A DNA stretch of 64,000 nucleotides from Pirellulales bacterium (GCA_028279215.1 JANQOF010000048.1:6533-70532), one strand, 5' to 3'; counted from the stretch's first letter, positions 49,132 through 59,010 are shown. Made by a program: numbers and translations. Notes: generated by a model not told the origin, from the sequence alone.

Positions 49132-51503
49132 ACGAATGGCTGGAGGTAATCGCGGCCGGCGTCATTCGCACTACCGTCGTGACCAGCGCGGCGGCCCTGC
49201 TGGCGTCGGCGTTGCTCGCACTGTTGCGGGTGCGAAGCGCGGGAACGCATCGACTAGTTTGGCTACTGGTGATCGCTCAGGGCTGGCTATTGGTGCCCTA
49301 TACGTTTTCGATCGAAGTTGCGGACCAACCCAAACCGCGCGCGGCGCAGCCGGCGGCGGAAGCGACCGCGCCGACACCGCTCGTCGCGACCGAATTCGAC
49401 GTGCGTCAGTTTCCACCCAAAGCCGCTACGGCTTGGATTCGGCCAGCCCATGCAGCGCTCCTGTTGTGGTTCGTGGGCATCGTTACGTTGCTAGTGTTGG
49501 CCGCTCGGCGATACGCAACCATTGCCCGCGCAGGTCCACTCGGCCAACCGGTCGACAAGCCTGAATGGGCGGACGAGTGGGCTAGGGTGCGGGCAGACAC
49601 TTCCGTCCGCGGCCCGGTCGAGCTGCGCATCTCGGAGCACTTGGGGCCGCTTGTCTGCTGGGTGCCAAGGGTATTCTTGATCCTGGTGCCACGAACGCTG
49701 TGGGAGCGGCTGCCGAGCGGCGATCGCCTGGCAATCCTTCGCCACGAGCTAGCGCACTGCGAGCGGGGCGACCTTTGGAAAAACTTGGCCGTGTGGCTGC
49801 TAGCGCTGCCGCAATGGTTCAATCCGCTCGCGTGGCTGGCGGTACGGCGATTCGAGGAAGCTGGCGAGTGGGCCTGCGACGAGCAAGTCGCCCGTCAACA
49901 GAATGAGCAGGCAACAGACTATGCCGCAACGCTTGTACGGGTGGTCGACTTCGCCGCCGAGGTTCCATGTGGAGCACTCGGCGTCACGGGAGGCCAACTA
50001 TCGAGGCGAGTGAAACGTTTAATTCATTTACCAAACAAGGAGGTTCGGGAAATGCGAGGTTTGATTTTGCCAGTGTTGTTGGTAGCGATTGGGTTGTTCC
50101 AAGCCGTACGTATCGAGCGTTTGGCGGCCGATGAACCGACCGCCAAACCGACAGTTCAGCCCACGGCGACCGAAAGACCGGTCCCACCCAAGAGCAAGTG
50201 GGCCTCTCACATGCCACCGTACGTTATCGAGCCGCCAGACATCTTGCTGATCGATGTGAAGAAGGTGGTTCCCAAGCCTCCGCACAAGGTCGAGGCCTTC
50301 GATGGACTGTTGATCCGCGCAAAGGGAGTGGACGACGAGGTTGCCCCGATCGCGGACGCCTATTTCGTCCAGCCCGAGGGGCAAGTCGATCTGGGCCCGA
50401 GCTATGGCACCGTCAAGGTCGTTGGCCTCACGATCGCTGAAGCGAAAAAGGCGATCGCCAAGCAACTGGCAAAAGACTACCCCGAGGCGGACGTTTCCGT
50501 TTCGCTCGCCGTGGCCGCAGGCACACAGCAGATTGTGGGCGAACATTTGGTCGGCCCCGATGGCCGCGTGAATTTGGGCTCCTACGGCTCGGTGTACCTC
50601 ACGGACATGACGATCGAGGAGGCCAAGAAGCAGCTTGAGGACCACCTTTCGGAGTTCCTAGTCGAGCCCGAGGTGACCATCGACATCTTTGCTTACAACA
50701 GCAAGAAGTACTACATCATCACCAAAGGCGCGGGCTTCGGCGACAACATTGTTACCGCGCCGATTACCGGCAATGAAACGGTATTGGACGCCATTGCCCA
50801 GATTGGGGGACTTGGCACAAATCGTGCCGCGAAGATCTGGGTATCTCGCCCAGCGCCGAATGGTGTTGGTACCGAACAGGTACTCCCAGTGAACTATGAC
50901 GAACTAGTTGGTGGAGCCGACACCTCCACCAACCACCAACTTTGGCCGGGTGATCGGCTGTTTATTGAGATAGCACAGAAAAAGAATGCCGCGCCCGTTG
51001 CTAGCGTGCATGCGACGATCCGCCTAGCCCGCGATCCAGAAATGAACCTGCGAAACGTCAACGGCCTACAAAGCGGAACCGCAACGATCGGCGACTCCCA
51101 CGTGCTGCTCGGGTTGCTCCGCGTGCTGGAGAACAACCAATTGGCGAAGGTGGTGGCCGCGCCGACCGTCACGGCCGAACAAGGTCAGCGAATGTCGATC
51201 TCGTCGTGCGCTGATGACTGGACCGCACCCGCACGGGATGGTGAGAAAAGTGCCGAGTCCGCGGAAGTCGGCGCGCGGCAGTCAGAGCGGCAATTGCACA
51301 TTGGTCTCACTTACGGAGAGGTGTCCGTTCAATCGGAATTTGCGATTGAAGTGATGGTCGACTCCGGCGGGTACCAACGACAGCAGCGATTCGCGACGGA
51401 GTTCGCCTTGCACGAGGGGCAATCGTGCCTGATTCGCGTGCCAGACGAGCTAACCGACCAAGACGCGCCCGATCTGTACGTGATGGTGACCCGGGAGCGG
51501 TAA
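49128..51503 (+). CDS. M56 (BlaR1-like) peptidase fused to a Wza-like polysaccharide export/SLBB module and a secretin-like tail
   Basis: TM helices, LRHELAH, WFNPLAW, EWACD; aa ~362-614 PPYVIEPPDIL..VGPDGRVNLGSYG..YNSKKYYI..GNETVLDAI..PGDRLFI; C-terminal LRVLENNQLAKVVAAPTVTAEQGQ. Confidence 0.85.
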   Translation: MNEWLEVIAAGVIRTTVVTSAAALLASALLALLRVRSAGTHRLVWLLVIAQGWLLVPYTFSIEVADQPKPRAAQPAAEATAPTPLVATEFDVRQFPPKAATAWIRPAHAALLLWFVGIVTLLVLAARRYATIARAGPLGQPVDKPEWADEWARVRADTSVRGPVELRISEHLGPLVCWVPRVFLILVPRTLWERLPSGDRLAILRHELAHCERGDLWKNLAVWLLALPQWFNPLAWLAVRRFEEAGEWACDEQVARQQNEQATDYAATLVRVVDFAAEVPCGALGVTGGQLSRRVKRLIHLPNKEVREMRGLILPVLLVAIGLFQAVRIERLAADEPTAKPTVQPTATERPVPPKSKWASHMPPYVIEPPDILLIDVKKVVPKPPHKVEAFDGLLIRAKGVDDEVAPIADAYFVQPEGQVDLGPSYGTVKVVGLTIAEAKKAIAKQLAKDYPEADVSVSLAVAAGTQQIVGEHLVGPDGRVNLGSYGSVYLTDMTIEEAKKQLEDHLSEFLVEPEVTIDIFAYNSKKYYIITKGAGFGDNIVTAPITGNETVLDAIAQIGGLGTNRAAKIWVSRPAPNGVGTEQVLPVNYDELVGGADTSTNHQLWPGDRLFIEIAQKKNAAPVASVHATIRLARDPEMNLRNVNGLQSGTATIGDSHVLLGLLRVLENNQLAKVVAAPTVTAEQGQRMSISSCADDWTAPARDGEKSAESAEVGARQSERQLHIGLTYGEVSVQSEFAIEVMVDSGGYQRQQRFATEFALHEGQSCLIRVPDELTDQDAPDLYVMVTRER

Positions 51504-51540
51504 AACCAACCTGGCAAGCTTTGCCGGCTATTCTGTCGAA

Positions 51541-51567
51541 GCGGGCCGAGGGCGATGCTCGGCCCGC
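51541..51567 (+). terminator. GC-rich hairpin after the M56 gene (no clear U tract)
   Basis: gcgggccgag/ctcggcccgc 10-bp stem, 7-nt loop. Confidence 0.4.
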
Positions 51568-51587
51568 TCGAATTCTCCACCCCATGG

Positions 51588-51616
51588 TTGACGGTTTTCG
51601 CCCAGGGCATTACATT
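51588..51616 (+). promoter_or_regulatory. Sigma70-like promoter of the S10 operon
   Basis: TTGACG, 17-nt spacer, TACATT, about 115 nt upstream of rpsJ. Confidence 0.7.
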
Positions 51617-51731
51617 CACCGATTCCCCCTGAGTTTGAGGGGAACGCTGTAGTTGTTTGAAATCTGGGCAATTGTCCCGGCCAGACGCCTCTCGCAGGTT
51701 GTCTGGCGGGTGGAGTTTGGGAGCGACCTAC

Positions 51732-52055
51732 GTGGCTGCATCGCAGGAAATCATCCGCATTCGAATGGAGGCGTACGATCACTCGGTGCTCGACCAGAGC
51801 GCCGCGGAAATCGTGGATACCGCCAAGCGGACCAACTCCGTTGTTCATGGGCCAATTCCCCTGCCGACGCGGATCGAGCGGTACACCGTGCTGCGTGGTC
51901 CCCATGTCGACAAGAAATCGCGACAGCAGTTCGAAATCCGCACTCACAAGCGGCTAATCGATATCGTCCAAGCCACGGCCAAGACCATCGAAGCGCTCAA
52001 CAAGCTGAGCCTTCCGGCCGGCGTGGACATCAAGATCAAGGCGACTAGTGGATAA
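51732..52055 (+). CDS. rpsJ: 30S ribosomal protein S10
   Basis: [35 protein letters not shown]; GTG start. Confidence 0.97.
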   Translation: MAASQEIIRIRMEAYDHSVLDQSAAEIVDTAKRTNSVVHGPIPLPTRIERYTVLRGPHVDKKSRQQFEIRTHKRLIDIVQATAKTIEALNKLSLPAGVDIKIKATSG

Positions 52056-52224
52056 ACGTTTGGTTTAGTCGAGTTTTAAGAAGCATGGTCGGAAGTTGAG
52101 TCGGGTAAGCCGGGGACTGCCCAGCTAATCGTGAGTTTCGGCAGTTCGCGTGTCTCCCAGCTCGCAAGACGCACATGACCCTATAAGGCGCTTGGCCGCG
52201 TAACAAACGCCCAAGCGAAACGAG

Positions 52225-52926
52225 ATGTCAGCCCCTACACCCGCTGTGGGCATCCTTGGTCGTAAGATCGGGATGACGCAGGTTTATGACGAATCTGGCA
52301 AGGTGGTGCCAGTAACCGTAGTCGAGGCCGGGCCCTGCGATGTGTTGCAGGTACGCACTGCCGACAACGACGGGTACGAAGCTGTGCAGATCGGGTATCT
52401 CGATAAGCCCCGCCGGCTCGCAAGCCGGAGTGAGCGAGGTCATGTAGCGAAACTCGACAGCAAACGATCCAAAGCCCGTGCCGCAGCGGGCGTCGAGCCC
52501 GCCGCCAAGGCTGGCTGCGAACCCAAGCGATTCATCCGCGAAATCCGCGGCACCGCAGGCGATCTTGCCCCCGGCTCGCAAGTCACGGTCGAAGCATTTG
52601 CCGATGTCAAAGCGGTCGACATCGTGGCCACCAGCAAGGGCCGCGGTTTCTCGGGGGCCATGAAGCGGCACAATTTCGCCGGGCAGCGTGCGACTCACGG
52701 TGTGAAGAAGTGTCACCGTCACCTCGGCGGCACCGGTTGTAGCGCCTACCCCAGCCGCCTATTCAAGGGGGTCCGCATGCCAGGTCAGTACGGGAACGCC
52801 CGCACGACCGTCCGCAACCAGAAGATTGTGCGAGTGGATGCCGAGAATAACCTGCTTCTGGTGTGCGGCGGCATTCCCGGCCCCAACGGCGGATTCGTGG
52901 TTGTTAAGCAAACCAACAAAGTGTAG
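52225..52926 (+). CDS. rplC: 50S ribosomal protein L3
   Basis: GILGRKIGMTQ, DGYEAVQIG, SKGRGFSG.MKRHNF. Confidence 0.97.
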   Translation: MSAPTPAVGILGRKIGMTQVYDESGKVVPVTVVEAGPCDVLQVRTADNDGYEAVQIGYLDKPRRLASRSERGHVAKLDSKRSKARAAAGVEPAAKAGCEPKRFIREIRGTAGDLAPGSQVTVEAFADVKAVDIVATSKGRGFSGAMKRHNFAGQRATHGVKKCHRHLGGTGCSAYPSRLFKGVRMPGQYGNARTTVRNQKIVRVDAENNLLLVCGGIPGPNGGFVVVKQTNKV

Positions 52927-52930
52927 TGGA

Positions 52931-52979
52931 GAGGTCGGGGGTCAGAGGCCAAAACGGCTGACGGCCAACGCCGAGAGCG
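52931..52979. repeat. Hybrid heptamer-unit element at the rplC-rplD junction
   Basis: gaggtcg-ggggtca-gaggcca followed by gctgacggcc..gccgagagc. Confidence 0.45.
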
Positions 52980-53642
52980 ATGCCCAAACTTACGATTCAC
53001 GATCGCAAAGGACAGAAGGTCGGCACTTACAATGTCGAGGCGAGCGACTTTGCGCCTGAAATCAATAAGCAGTTGCTGCACGACGCGGTGGTGATGTACC
53101 AGGCCAATCGCCGTCAGGGCAGCCACAAGACGAAAACCCGCGGCGAAGTGAAAGCTTCGACCAAGAAGCTGTATCGCCAAAAGGGCACGGGCAACGCGCG
53201 TGCCGGGCATCGTCGCAGTGGCGTGCGTCGAGGTGGCGGGCACATTTTTGCCCTGCGTCCCCGCGACTACTCGTACTCGATGCCCCGCAAAGCGTTGCAG
53301 CTAGCCACGCGGATGGCGATTGCCTCGAAGGTGGAAGACAACGAATTGGTCGTAATCGACGAACTTGCGTTCGAATCGCCGAAGACACGCGACATGGTGT
53401 CGATTATCAAACACCTCGACATCGAGGGCGATTCGCTGTTGGTGGCCACTAAAGAATACGACGTCAACGTCTATAAGAGTGGTCGCAACATCGACCGAGT
53501 TTCGGTGTCGCCTGCTGCGGAGCTTAATGCACTCAATGTGCTGTCGGCCCGCCGGTTGCTGGTCACGAAAGCAGCGCTCGACGTGCTGCGTGAGAAGGCC
53601 GCGGCCAACGGGGCCGCGAAGGCCAGCGAAACAGCAGAATAA
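52980..53642 (+). CDS. rplD: 50S ribosomal protein L4
   Basis: RQGSHKTKTRGEV, RQKGTGNARAG, RGGGHIF. Confidence 0.97.
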   Translation: MPKLTIHDRKGQKVGTYNVEASDFAPEINKQLLHDAVVMYQANRRQGSHKTKTRGEVKASTKKLYRQKGTGNARAGHRRSGVRRGGGHIFALRPRDYSYSMPRKALQLATRMAIASKVEDNELVVIDELAFESPKTRDMVSIIKHLDIEGDSLLVATKEYDVNVYKSGRNIDRVSVSPAAELNALNVLSARRLLVTKAALDVLREKAAANGAAKASETAE

Positions 53643-53672
53643 CGGGTTGGCAGAAGAATAAGGTCGTCAGTC

Positions 53673-53987
53673 ATGCCTCGCCATATTCCACAAAAAACAA
53701 CGCTCGAACTCGAACCGCACCAGATCCTCCTGAGGCCTCTGGTAACCGAGAAAGGCATGCGCCAAGCGAACGAGCACAACGCTTACGCCTTCGAAATCAA
53801 CAAGCTGGCCAACAAGTCCGACGTCCGTCGGGCGGTCGAGCAGTTGTTTGACGTGAAGGTCGAGAAAGTGCACATCCAAAACCGCAAGGGAAAGCCCCGC
53901 CGCACCCGGCAGCACTTCGGCTTCACTAGCGATTGGAAGAAAGCCATCGTCACACTGAATAAAGAACACACCATCGAATTCTTCTAG
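53673..53987 (+). CDS. rplW: 50S ribosomal protein L23
   Basis: [36 protein letters not shown]. Confidence 0.96.
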   Translation: MPRHIPQKTTLELEPHQILLRPLVTEKGMRQANEHNAYAFEINKLANKSDVRRAVEQLFDVKVEKVHIQNRKGKPRRTRQHFGFTSDWKKAIVTLNKEHTIEFF

Positions 53988-54013
53988 CAGTAAGGATTCA
54001 GGACCCCTCGATT

Positions 54014-54877
54014 ATGGGCATCCGAAAATACAAGCCGATTACGCCTGGCCGCCGCGGCGCGACGGTTAGCGACTTCAAGGACCTGACGCCTGGCGCCAAG
54101 CCCGAGAAGAGTTTGTTGCGCGCGATCACCAAGACCGGCGGCCGCAATAACCAAGGCGTCACCACCGCGCGATTCCGTGGCGGCGGCCACAAGCGGCGTT
54201 ATCGATTGATTGACTTCCGCCGCAACAAAGACGGCGTGCCGGCCAAGGTCGATTCGATTCAGTACGACCCCAACCGATCGGCCCGCATCGCCCTGCTGCA
54301 TTACGCCGACGGCGAGAAGCGATATATCATCGCCCCCGCCGGCTTAGTGGCTGGCGATCAGGTGATGAGCGGCGCCGAGTGCGAACCCAAGGTTGGCAAC
54401 TGCCTGCCGCTATCGAAGATTCCACTGGGCACCGTAGTGCACAACATCGAACTCCGGGCTGGTCGCGGCGGCGTGTTGTGCCGCAGTGCAGGCACCAGCG
54501 CCACGTTGATGGCACGCGAGGCCGACTGGGCCCAGATATCGCTCCCAAGCGGCGAAATCCGGCGTATTCCGTCGGCCTGCCGAGCAACTATCGGATCGAC
54601 CAGTAACGGCGACCACAGCGCGATTGTGCTGGGCAAGGCGGGCCGCAAGCGTTGGCTTGGGCGTCGCCCGCACGTCCGCGGTACCGCGATGAACCCAATC
54701 GACCACCCGCACGGTGGTGGCGAAGGTCGCACCAAGGGCGGCCGACATCCCGTGAGCCCCACCGGCAAGAGTGCCAAGGGCGGGATGACACGCCAGCGCC
54801 GCAAACCATCCAACGCCGCCATCGTCCGCCGCCGCAAGAGCAAGCGATATGGTGTGCAGAAGTTAGTTAAAAAGTAA
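54014..54877 (+). CDS. rplB: 50S ribosomal protein L2
   Basis: [40 protein letters not shown]. Confidence 0.98.
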   Translation: MGIRKYKPITPGRRGATVSDFKDLTPGAKPEKSLLRAITKTGGRNNQGVTTARFRGGGHKRRYRLIDFRRNKDGVPAKVDSIQYDPNRSARIALLHYADGEKRYIIAPAGLVAGDQVMSGAECEPKVGNCLPLSKIPLGTVVHNIELRAGRGGVLCRSAGTSATLMAREADWAQISLPSGEIRRIPSACRATIGSTSNGDHSAIVLGKAGRKRWLGRRPHVRGTAMNPIDHPHGGGEGRTKGGRHPVSPTGKSAKGGMTRQRRKPSNAAIVRRRKSKRYGVQKLVKK

Positions 54878-54881
54878 CAGC

Positions 54882-54959
54882 AGCGATTGGCCAGCAGCTA
54901 TCAGCTATCAGCTGTTGGCCAAGAAGAAGCAAACAGCCGAAAGCTGATAGCCGAGAGCC
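54882..54959. repeat. Heptamer-unit inverted repeat (rplB-rpsS)
   Basis: agcgatt-ggccagc-agctatc-agctatc-agctgtt ... aacagcc-gaaagct-gatagcc-gagagcc. Confidence 0.8.
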
Positions 54960-54965
54960 AAACAA

Positions 54966-55235
54966 ATGTCCCGTTCACTCAAAAAAGGCCCTTACGTCGA
55001 TCCAAAGCTGTACGGCAAAGTCGACAAGCTGAACGACTCGGGCCGCAAAGAACCGATCACCACCTGGGCGCGGGCCTGCACGATCATCCCTGAGTTTGTC
55101 GGCCACACGTTTATGGTTCACAACGGCAAGATGCACATGAAAGTGTTCGTGACCGAAGACATGGTCGGCCACAAGCTGGGCGAGTTCGCCCCCACCCGAA
55201 ACTTCCGAGGGCACAGCGGCAAGGGCAAGAAGTAG
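54966..55235 (+). CDS. rpsS: 30S ribosomal protein S19
   Basis: [29 protein letters not shown]. Confidence 0.97.
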   Translation: MSRSLKKGPYVDPKLYGKVDKLNDSGRKEPITTWARACTIIPEFVGHTFMVHNGKMHMKVFVTEDMVGHKLGEFAPTRNFRGHSGKGKK

Positions 55236-55239
55236 AAAG

Positions 55240-55310
55240 GGCTGTCAGCTATCGGCTATTGGTTATCCGCCAAGTACATGCCGACGGCCAGCAGCCAACA
55301 GCCGAGAGCT
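55240..55310. repeat. Heptamer-unit inverted repeat (rpsS-rplV)
   Basis: ggctgtc-agctatc-ggctatt-ggttatc ... gacggcc-agcagcc-aacagcc-gagagct. Confidence 0.8.
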
Positions 55311-55316
55311 TCGAAC

Positions 55317-55643
55317 ATGGCATACAAAGCAGTACACAAACACGCTCGCATCAGCGCCACGAAAGTGCGGCCGCTGGCGAATTTGATTCGTGGCCAAGAG
55401 GTCGACGAGGCGCTGGCGATTCTCAAGTATCAGCCCCATCGTGGCGCACGGATGCTTGAAAAGGTGCTCAAGAGTGCTCGCAGCAACGCCGAAGACCGCG
55501 GCGCCCCCAACTTGGGCGGCCTACGGGTCGTCGAAGCACGAGTCGATGGCGGCCCCATGTTCAAACGCCTGCGCCCCCGCGCCCGAGGCATGGCCCATGT
55601 CATCAAGAAGCGATTTAGTCACATCATCGTGTCCGTTGAATAG
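55317..55643 (+). CDS. rplV: 50S ribosomal protein L22
   Basis: ARISATKVR..ANLIRG, VDGGPMFKRLRPRARG; start ATG 55317. Confidence 0.96.
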   Translation: MAYKAVHKHARISATKVRPLANLIRGQEVDEALAILKYQPHRGARMLEKVLKSARSNAEDRGAPNLGGLRVVEARVDGGPMFKRLRPRARGMAHVIKKRFSHIIVSVE

Positions 55644-55692
55644 AGGTTGCCGCCAGGCTTCCTGACCCCTGAACCCTGACCCCACATTCACC

Positions 55693-56388
55693 ATGGGCCA
55701 AAAAGTCAATCCAATTGGTTTCCGCACCGGCATCATGCTCGATTGGAAGAGCCGCTGGTACGCGTCGAAGAAAGACTTCGCGGAACTGTTGTTGGAAGAC
55801 AAGAAGATTCGCGACTATGTCACCAAGAAGTACAAGTTTGCCGGTATTCCCAAGGTGGAAATCGAGCGGACCCGCGACGAGGTGAAAGTGGTGCTGCATG
55901 CGGCACGGCCGGGCGTGATCATCGGTCGTAAGGGCCAGCAGGTCGAGCAGCTGCAAGACGAGTTGCAGAACTTGATCGGACGACGGATCAACATCAAGAT
56001 CGAAGAAATCAATCGCCCTGAGTTGCAGGCGCACCTAGTGGCCGAAGACATCGCCGAGCAATTGGCCAAGCGGGCCAGTTTCCGCCGCACCATGAAGCGG
56101 GCGATGGAGCAAACCATGGAAGCGGGTGCCAAAGGCATCAAGATTGAACTGGCAGGACGATTGGGCGGTGCCGAAATGGCCCGTCGCGAAAAGCAGATTT
56201 CCGGATCGATTCCGCTGAGCACGCTCCGCGCGAACATCGATTACGGTTTTGTGGAGGCTAAGACCGCCCAAGGGCATATTGGCGTCCAAGTTTGGATTAA
56301 CCAAGGCATGTTTGAGGACGACACCGATGGCGCTGATGCCCAAGAGGGTCAAACATCGAAAAAGCCAAAGAGGTCGTATAAAAGGTAA
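55693..56388 (+). CDS. rpsC: 30S ribosomal protein S3
   Basis: [45 protein letters not shown]. Confidence 0.97.
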   Translation: MGQKVNPIGFRTGIMLDWKSRWYASKKDFAELLLEDKKIRDYVTKKYKFAGIPKVEIERTRDEVKVVLHAARPGVIIGRKGQQVEQLQDELQNLIGRRINIKIEEINRPELQAHLVAEDIAEQLAKRASFRRTMKRAMEQTMEAGAKGIKIELAGRLGGAEMARREKQISGSIPLSTLRANIDYGFVEAKTAQGHIGVQVWINQGMFEDDTDGADAQEGQTSKKPKRSYKR

Positions 56389-56740
56389 CGCGACCCGCGG
56401 GAATACCGTGGTGTTTGGCGACTTTGGCCTACAGGCAATCGAAGGTGGCTGGGTTAGCGCGGCTACGATCGAAGCCGGTCGTATCGCCGCCCAACAGTAC
56501 ATCCGTGGTGAAGGTCGGCTTTACATCCGTGTCTTCCCACACAAGTCGATTACATCGATCCCGCTCGAAACTCGGATGGGTAAGGGTAAAGGCGAGCCAG
56601 ACTATTGGGCCGCCACCGTAAAGCCCGGCACCGTGCTGTACGAGGTAAGCGGGGTCAGCGAGCAACAAGCAAAACTCACCTTCGCCCGCTTGGCCCACAA
56701 AATGCCAGTCCGCGTGCGAATGATTAAACGACAAGCTTAA
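56327..56740 (+). CDS. rplP: 50S ribosomal protein L16
   Basis: [18 protein letters not shown]; GAGGA RBS lies inside rpsC, so the genes overlap by up to 62 nt. Confidence 0.96.
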   Translation: MALMPKRVKHRKSQRGRIKGNATRGNTVVFGDFGLQAIEGGWVSAATIEAGRIAAQQYIRGEGRLYIRVFPHKSITSIPLETRMGKGKGEPDYWAATVKPGTVLYEVSGVSEQQAKLTFARLAHKMPVRVRMIKRQA

Positions 56741-56743
56741 GAA

Positions 56744-56822
56744 GGCATTCGGCTGTCAGCGATCAGCTGTCGGCAAAAATGCTTGGTGAAACGACAGCAG
56801 ATATAGCTAAGAGCCGATAGCC
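56744..56822. repeat. Heptamer-unit inverted repeat (rplP-rpmC)
   Basis: ggcattc-ggctgtc-agcgatc-agctgtc ... tatagct-aagagcc-gatagcc, abutting the rpmC ATG. Confidence 0.8.
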
Positions 56823-57050
56823 ATGACCGACGCCAAAGAATTGCGTGAGATGAGCGACGAGCAGTTGGCTCTGACGCTCAAGGACGCGGCCGAGCATTTA
56901 TTCCGGCTTCGAATCCAGTCGCAAACCGAGCGGCTCGACGCGCCGACTGAATTGCGAGTGAATCGCCGGCTCATTGCCCGCGTGAAGACGATCCAAACCG
57001 AACGAGCGATTGCAAAAGCCCAAGAGGAAGCACCCGCCGAGAAGAAGTAA
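56823..57050 (+). CDS. rpmC: 50S ribosomal protein L29
   Basis: AKELREMS..EHLFRLRIQ..RRLIARVKT. Confidence 0.93.
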   Translation: MTDAKELREMSDEQLALTLKDAAEHLFRLRIQSQTERLDAPTELRVNRRLIARVKTIQTERAIAKAQEEAPAEKK

Positions 57051-57116
57051 ACTCCAGCCGCTGTCGACGCTTCGGTTTCCTGCCCTCCTGAATCCTGACC
57101 CCCGATCCCTTTTTCA

Positions 57117-57425
57117 ATGCCCAAAAAACAAGTCATCGGTGTTGTGACCAGCGACCGCATGAACAAGTCGCGCCGCGTGGAAGTATCGCGGATGGAGCGA
57201 CACCCGAAGTACGGCAAGTACATCAAGCGTCGCACGGTGTGCCATGTGCACGACGAAAACAACGAGTCGGGCATGGGTGATACCGTGGAGATCATCGAGT
57301 GCCCGCCAAAGTCAAAGACCAAGCGGTGGGACTTGGTGCGAGTGGTGGCCAAGAGCCAAGAGGTCGACCTGGCGGCACTACGAGCGGCTCAGAAGGCCGA
57401 ACACGAAGCGGAAGCAAACAACTGA
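57117..57425 (+). CDS. rpsQ: 30S ribosomal protein S17
   Basis: [34 protein letters not shown]. Confidence 0.96.
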   Translation: MPKKQVIGVVTSDRMNKSRRVEVSRMERHPKYGKYIKRRTVCHVHDENNESGMGDTVEIIECPPKSKTKRWDLVRVVAKSQEVDLAALRAAQKAEHEAEANN

Positions 57426-57480
57426 GCGATTTCGTCGGCCCGATGCGACCGTGTGGCGGATTATGTAGAGCGAGTTGATC

Positions 57481-57849
57481 ATGATTCAGATGCAAACCAA
57501 GCTAAACGTGGCCGACAACACCGGTGCCAAGGAAGTCATGTGCATCAAGGTGCTGGGTGGTAGCCGCCGCCGCTTTGCGGGCCTGGGCGACATCATTGTC
57601 TGCAGCGTTAAGAGCGTAATCCCTGGCAGCGACGTCAAGAAAAAGTCGGTCGTGCGAGCGGTGATCGTGCGAGTCAAATCGCCTACTCGCCGCCCCGATG
57701 GCAGCTACGTTCGGTTCGACTCCAACGCGGTGGTTCTGGTTGATAAGGACGGGAACCCCCGCGGCACACGTATTTTCGGTGCCGTCGCCCGCGAATTGCG
57801 CGACCGCCGATTTATGAGAATTGTAAGCCTCGCCAACGAGGTGGTTTAG
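57481..57849 (+). CDS. rplN: 50S ribosomal protein L14
   Basis: [37 protein letters not shown]. Confidence 0.97.
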   Translation: MIQMQTKLNVADNTGAKEVMCIKVLGGSRRRFAGLGDIIVCSVKSVIPGSDVKKKSVVRAVIVRVKSPTRRPDGSYVRFDSNAVVLVDKDGNPRGTRIFGAVARELRDRRFMRIVSLANEVV

Positions 57850-57854
57850 AGAAA

Positions 57855-57928
57855 TGGTGAGTGCTGGATGGCGATTGGCAGGTGAGCCGGTCGCCGTGCG
57901 GCCGATAGCCACCGGCCATTAGCCACGA
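57855..57928. repeat. Heptamer-unit inverted repeat, TGGC/GCCA variant (rplN-rplX)
   Basis: tggtgag-tgctgga-tggcgat-tggcagg ... gccgata-gccaccg-gccatta-gccacga. Confidence 0.6.
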
Positions 57929-57935
57929 CAAACCC

Positions 57936-58286
57936 ATGTTGATTAAAGAAGGTGACAGCGTCGTCGTAGTTGCTGGTAATGACCGCAGCGACGAGGTGCG
58001 CTCCGTGGTTCAGGTCGACCGCGCCAAAGGCAAGGTGCTGGTCGAGGGCGTGAACCTGGTGTGGAAACACGTTCGCCGCAGCCAGAAGTACCCGCAAGGC
58101 GGCCGTTTGAGCAAAGAGATGCCTGTGGATATCTCCAACCTCAAATACTACTGCACGAGTTGTTCTTCTGGCGTCCGGTTGGGCGTGCGTTACCTCGACG
58201 ACGGCAGCAAGGAACGTTATTGCAAGAAATGTGGCTCGAGCGCCGGCAAGATCGCTCCGGCCAAGGCCGCCTACGCGAATAAATAA
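57936..58286 (+). CDS. rplX: 50S ribosomal protein L24
   Basis: IKEGDSVVVVAG, VLVEGVN, KEMPVDISN. Confidence 0.95.
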   Translation: MLIKEGDSVVVVAGNDRSDEVRSVVQVDRAKGKVLVEGVNLVWKHVRRSQKYPQGGRLSKEMPVDISNLKYYCTSCSSGVRLGVRYLDDGSKERYCKKCGSSAGKIAPAKAAYANK

Positions 58287-58334
58287 CCAAGACAAACGCA
58301 AAACGCCGGGAGCTGACGTACCCGGACCACGATC

Positions 58335-58907
58335 ATGGCCACAGCAACTGCACCGCGACTTGCGGAAACCTACCAAAAGGAAATCCGGCCGGCGCTCGCC
58401 GAGAGCCTCGACCGCAAGAATCCGCATGCTCTGCCGAAGATCGAGAAGATCGTGGTGAGCATGGGTGTGGGTAGCGCAATTAGCGACAAGAAAAATTTGG
58501 AAGACGCCCTCAGCGCGCTGACGGAAATTACTGGCCAAAAGCCAATGGTTTGCAAGGCTCGCAAGAGCGTGGCGAACTTCAAATTGCGGCAAGGGAATCC
58601 GATCGGCGCGAAGGTCACGCTTCGTGGTGCTCGGATGTACGAGTTCCTCGACCGCTTGATTTCGCTCGTGTTGCCTCGGGTCCGCGACTTCCGCGGCTTG
58701 AGCGACAAAGCGTTTGACGGGAATGGCAACTACAGCCTCGGGCTCAGCGAAATCCTCGTGTTCCCCGAGCTCAACCCCGACAAATACACCCGCTCGCAGG
58801 GTATGAACATCGCGATTTGTTTTTCGGGCCACTCCGACGACGATTCGCGCGAATTGCTCAAGGCGTTTGGATTCCCGTTCAAACGCCCCGACGACGAAGA
58901 AGGCTGA
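58335..58907 (+). CDS. rplE: 50S ribosomal protein L5
   Basis: PKIEKIVVSMGVG, ITGQKP, GAKVTLRG, LPRVRDFRG. Confidence 0.97.
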   Translation: MATATAPRLAETYQKEIRPALAESLDRKNPHALPKIEKIVVSMGVGSAISDKKNLEDALSALTEITGQKPMVCKARKSVANFKLRQGNPIGAKVTLRGARMYEFLDRLISLVLPRVRDFRGLSDKAFDGNGNYSLGLSEILVFPELNPDKYTRSQGMNIAICFSGHSDDDSRELLKAFGFPFKRPDDEEG

Positions 58908-58923
58908 TAACAGATACCTTTTC

Positions 58924-58994
58924 AACGCCCAGCCGAAGGTGCCGGCTGACGCGAAAGCAAGAACGAGCTGAGCCGGCGCCTTCGGCTTGGCGTT
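58924..58994. repeat. REP-like long hairpin (rplE-rpsN)
   Basis: aacgcccagccgaaggtgccggct matches the reverse complement of agccggcgccttcggcttggcgtt at 22/24. Confidence 0.75.
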
Positions 58995-59010
58995 AAACGA
59001 TGTGGTCCCC

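Noticed and set aside
51504-51731. S10 operon not preceded by fusA/tuf
   Set aside because: Separation of the str and S10 clusters is common and not informative alone.
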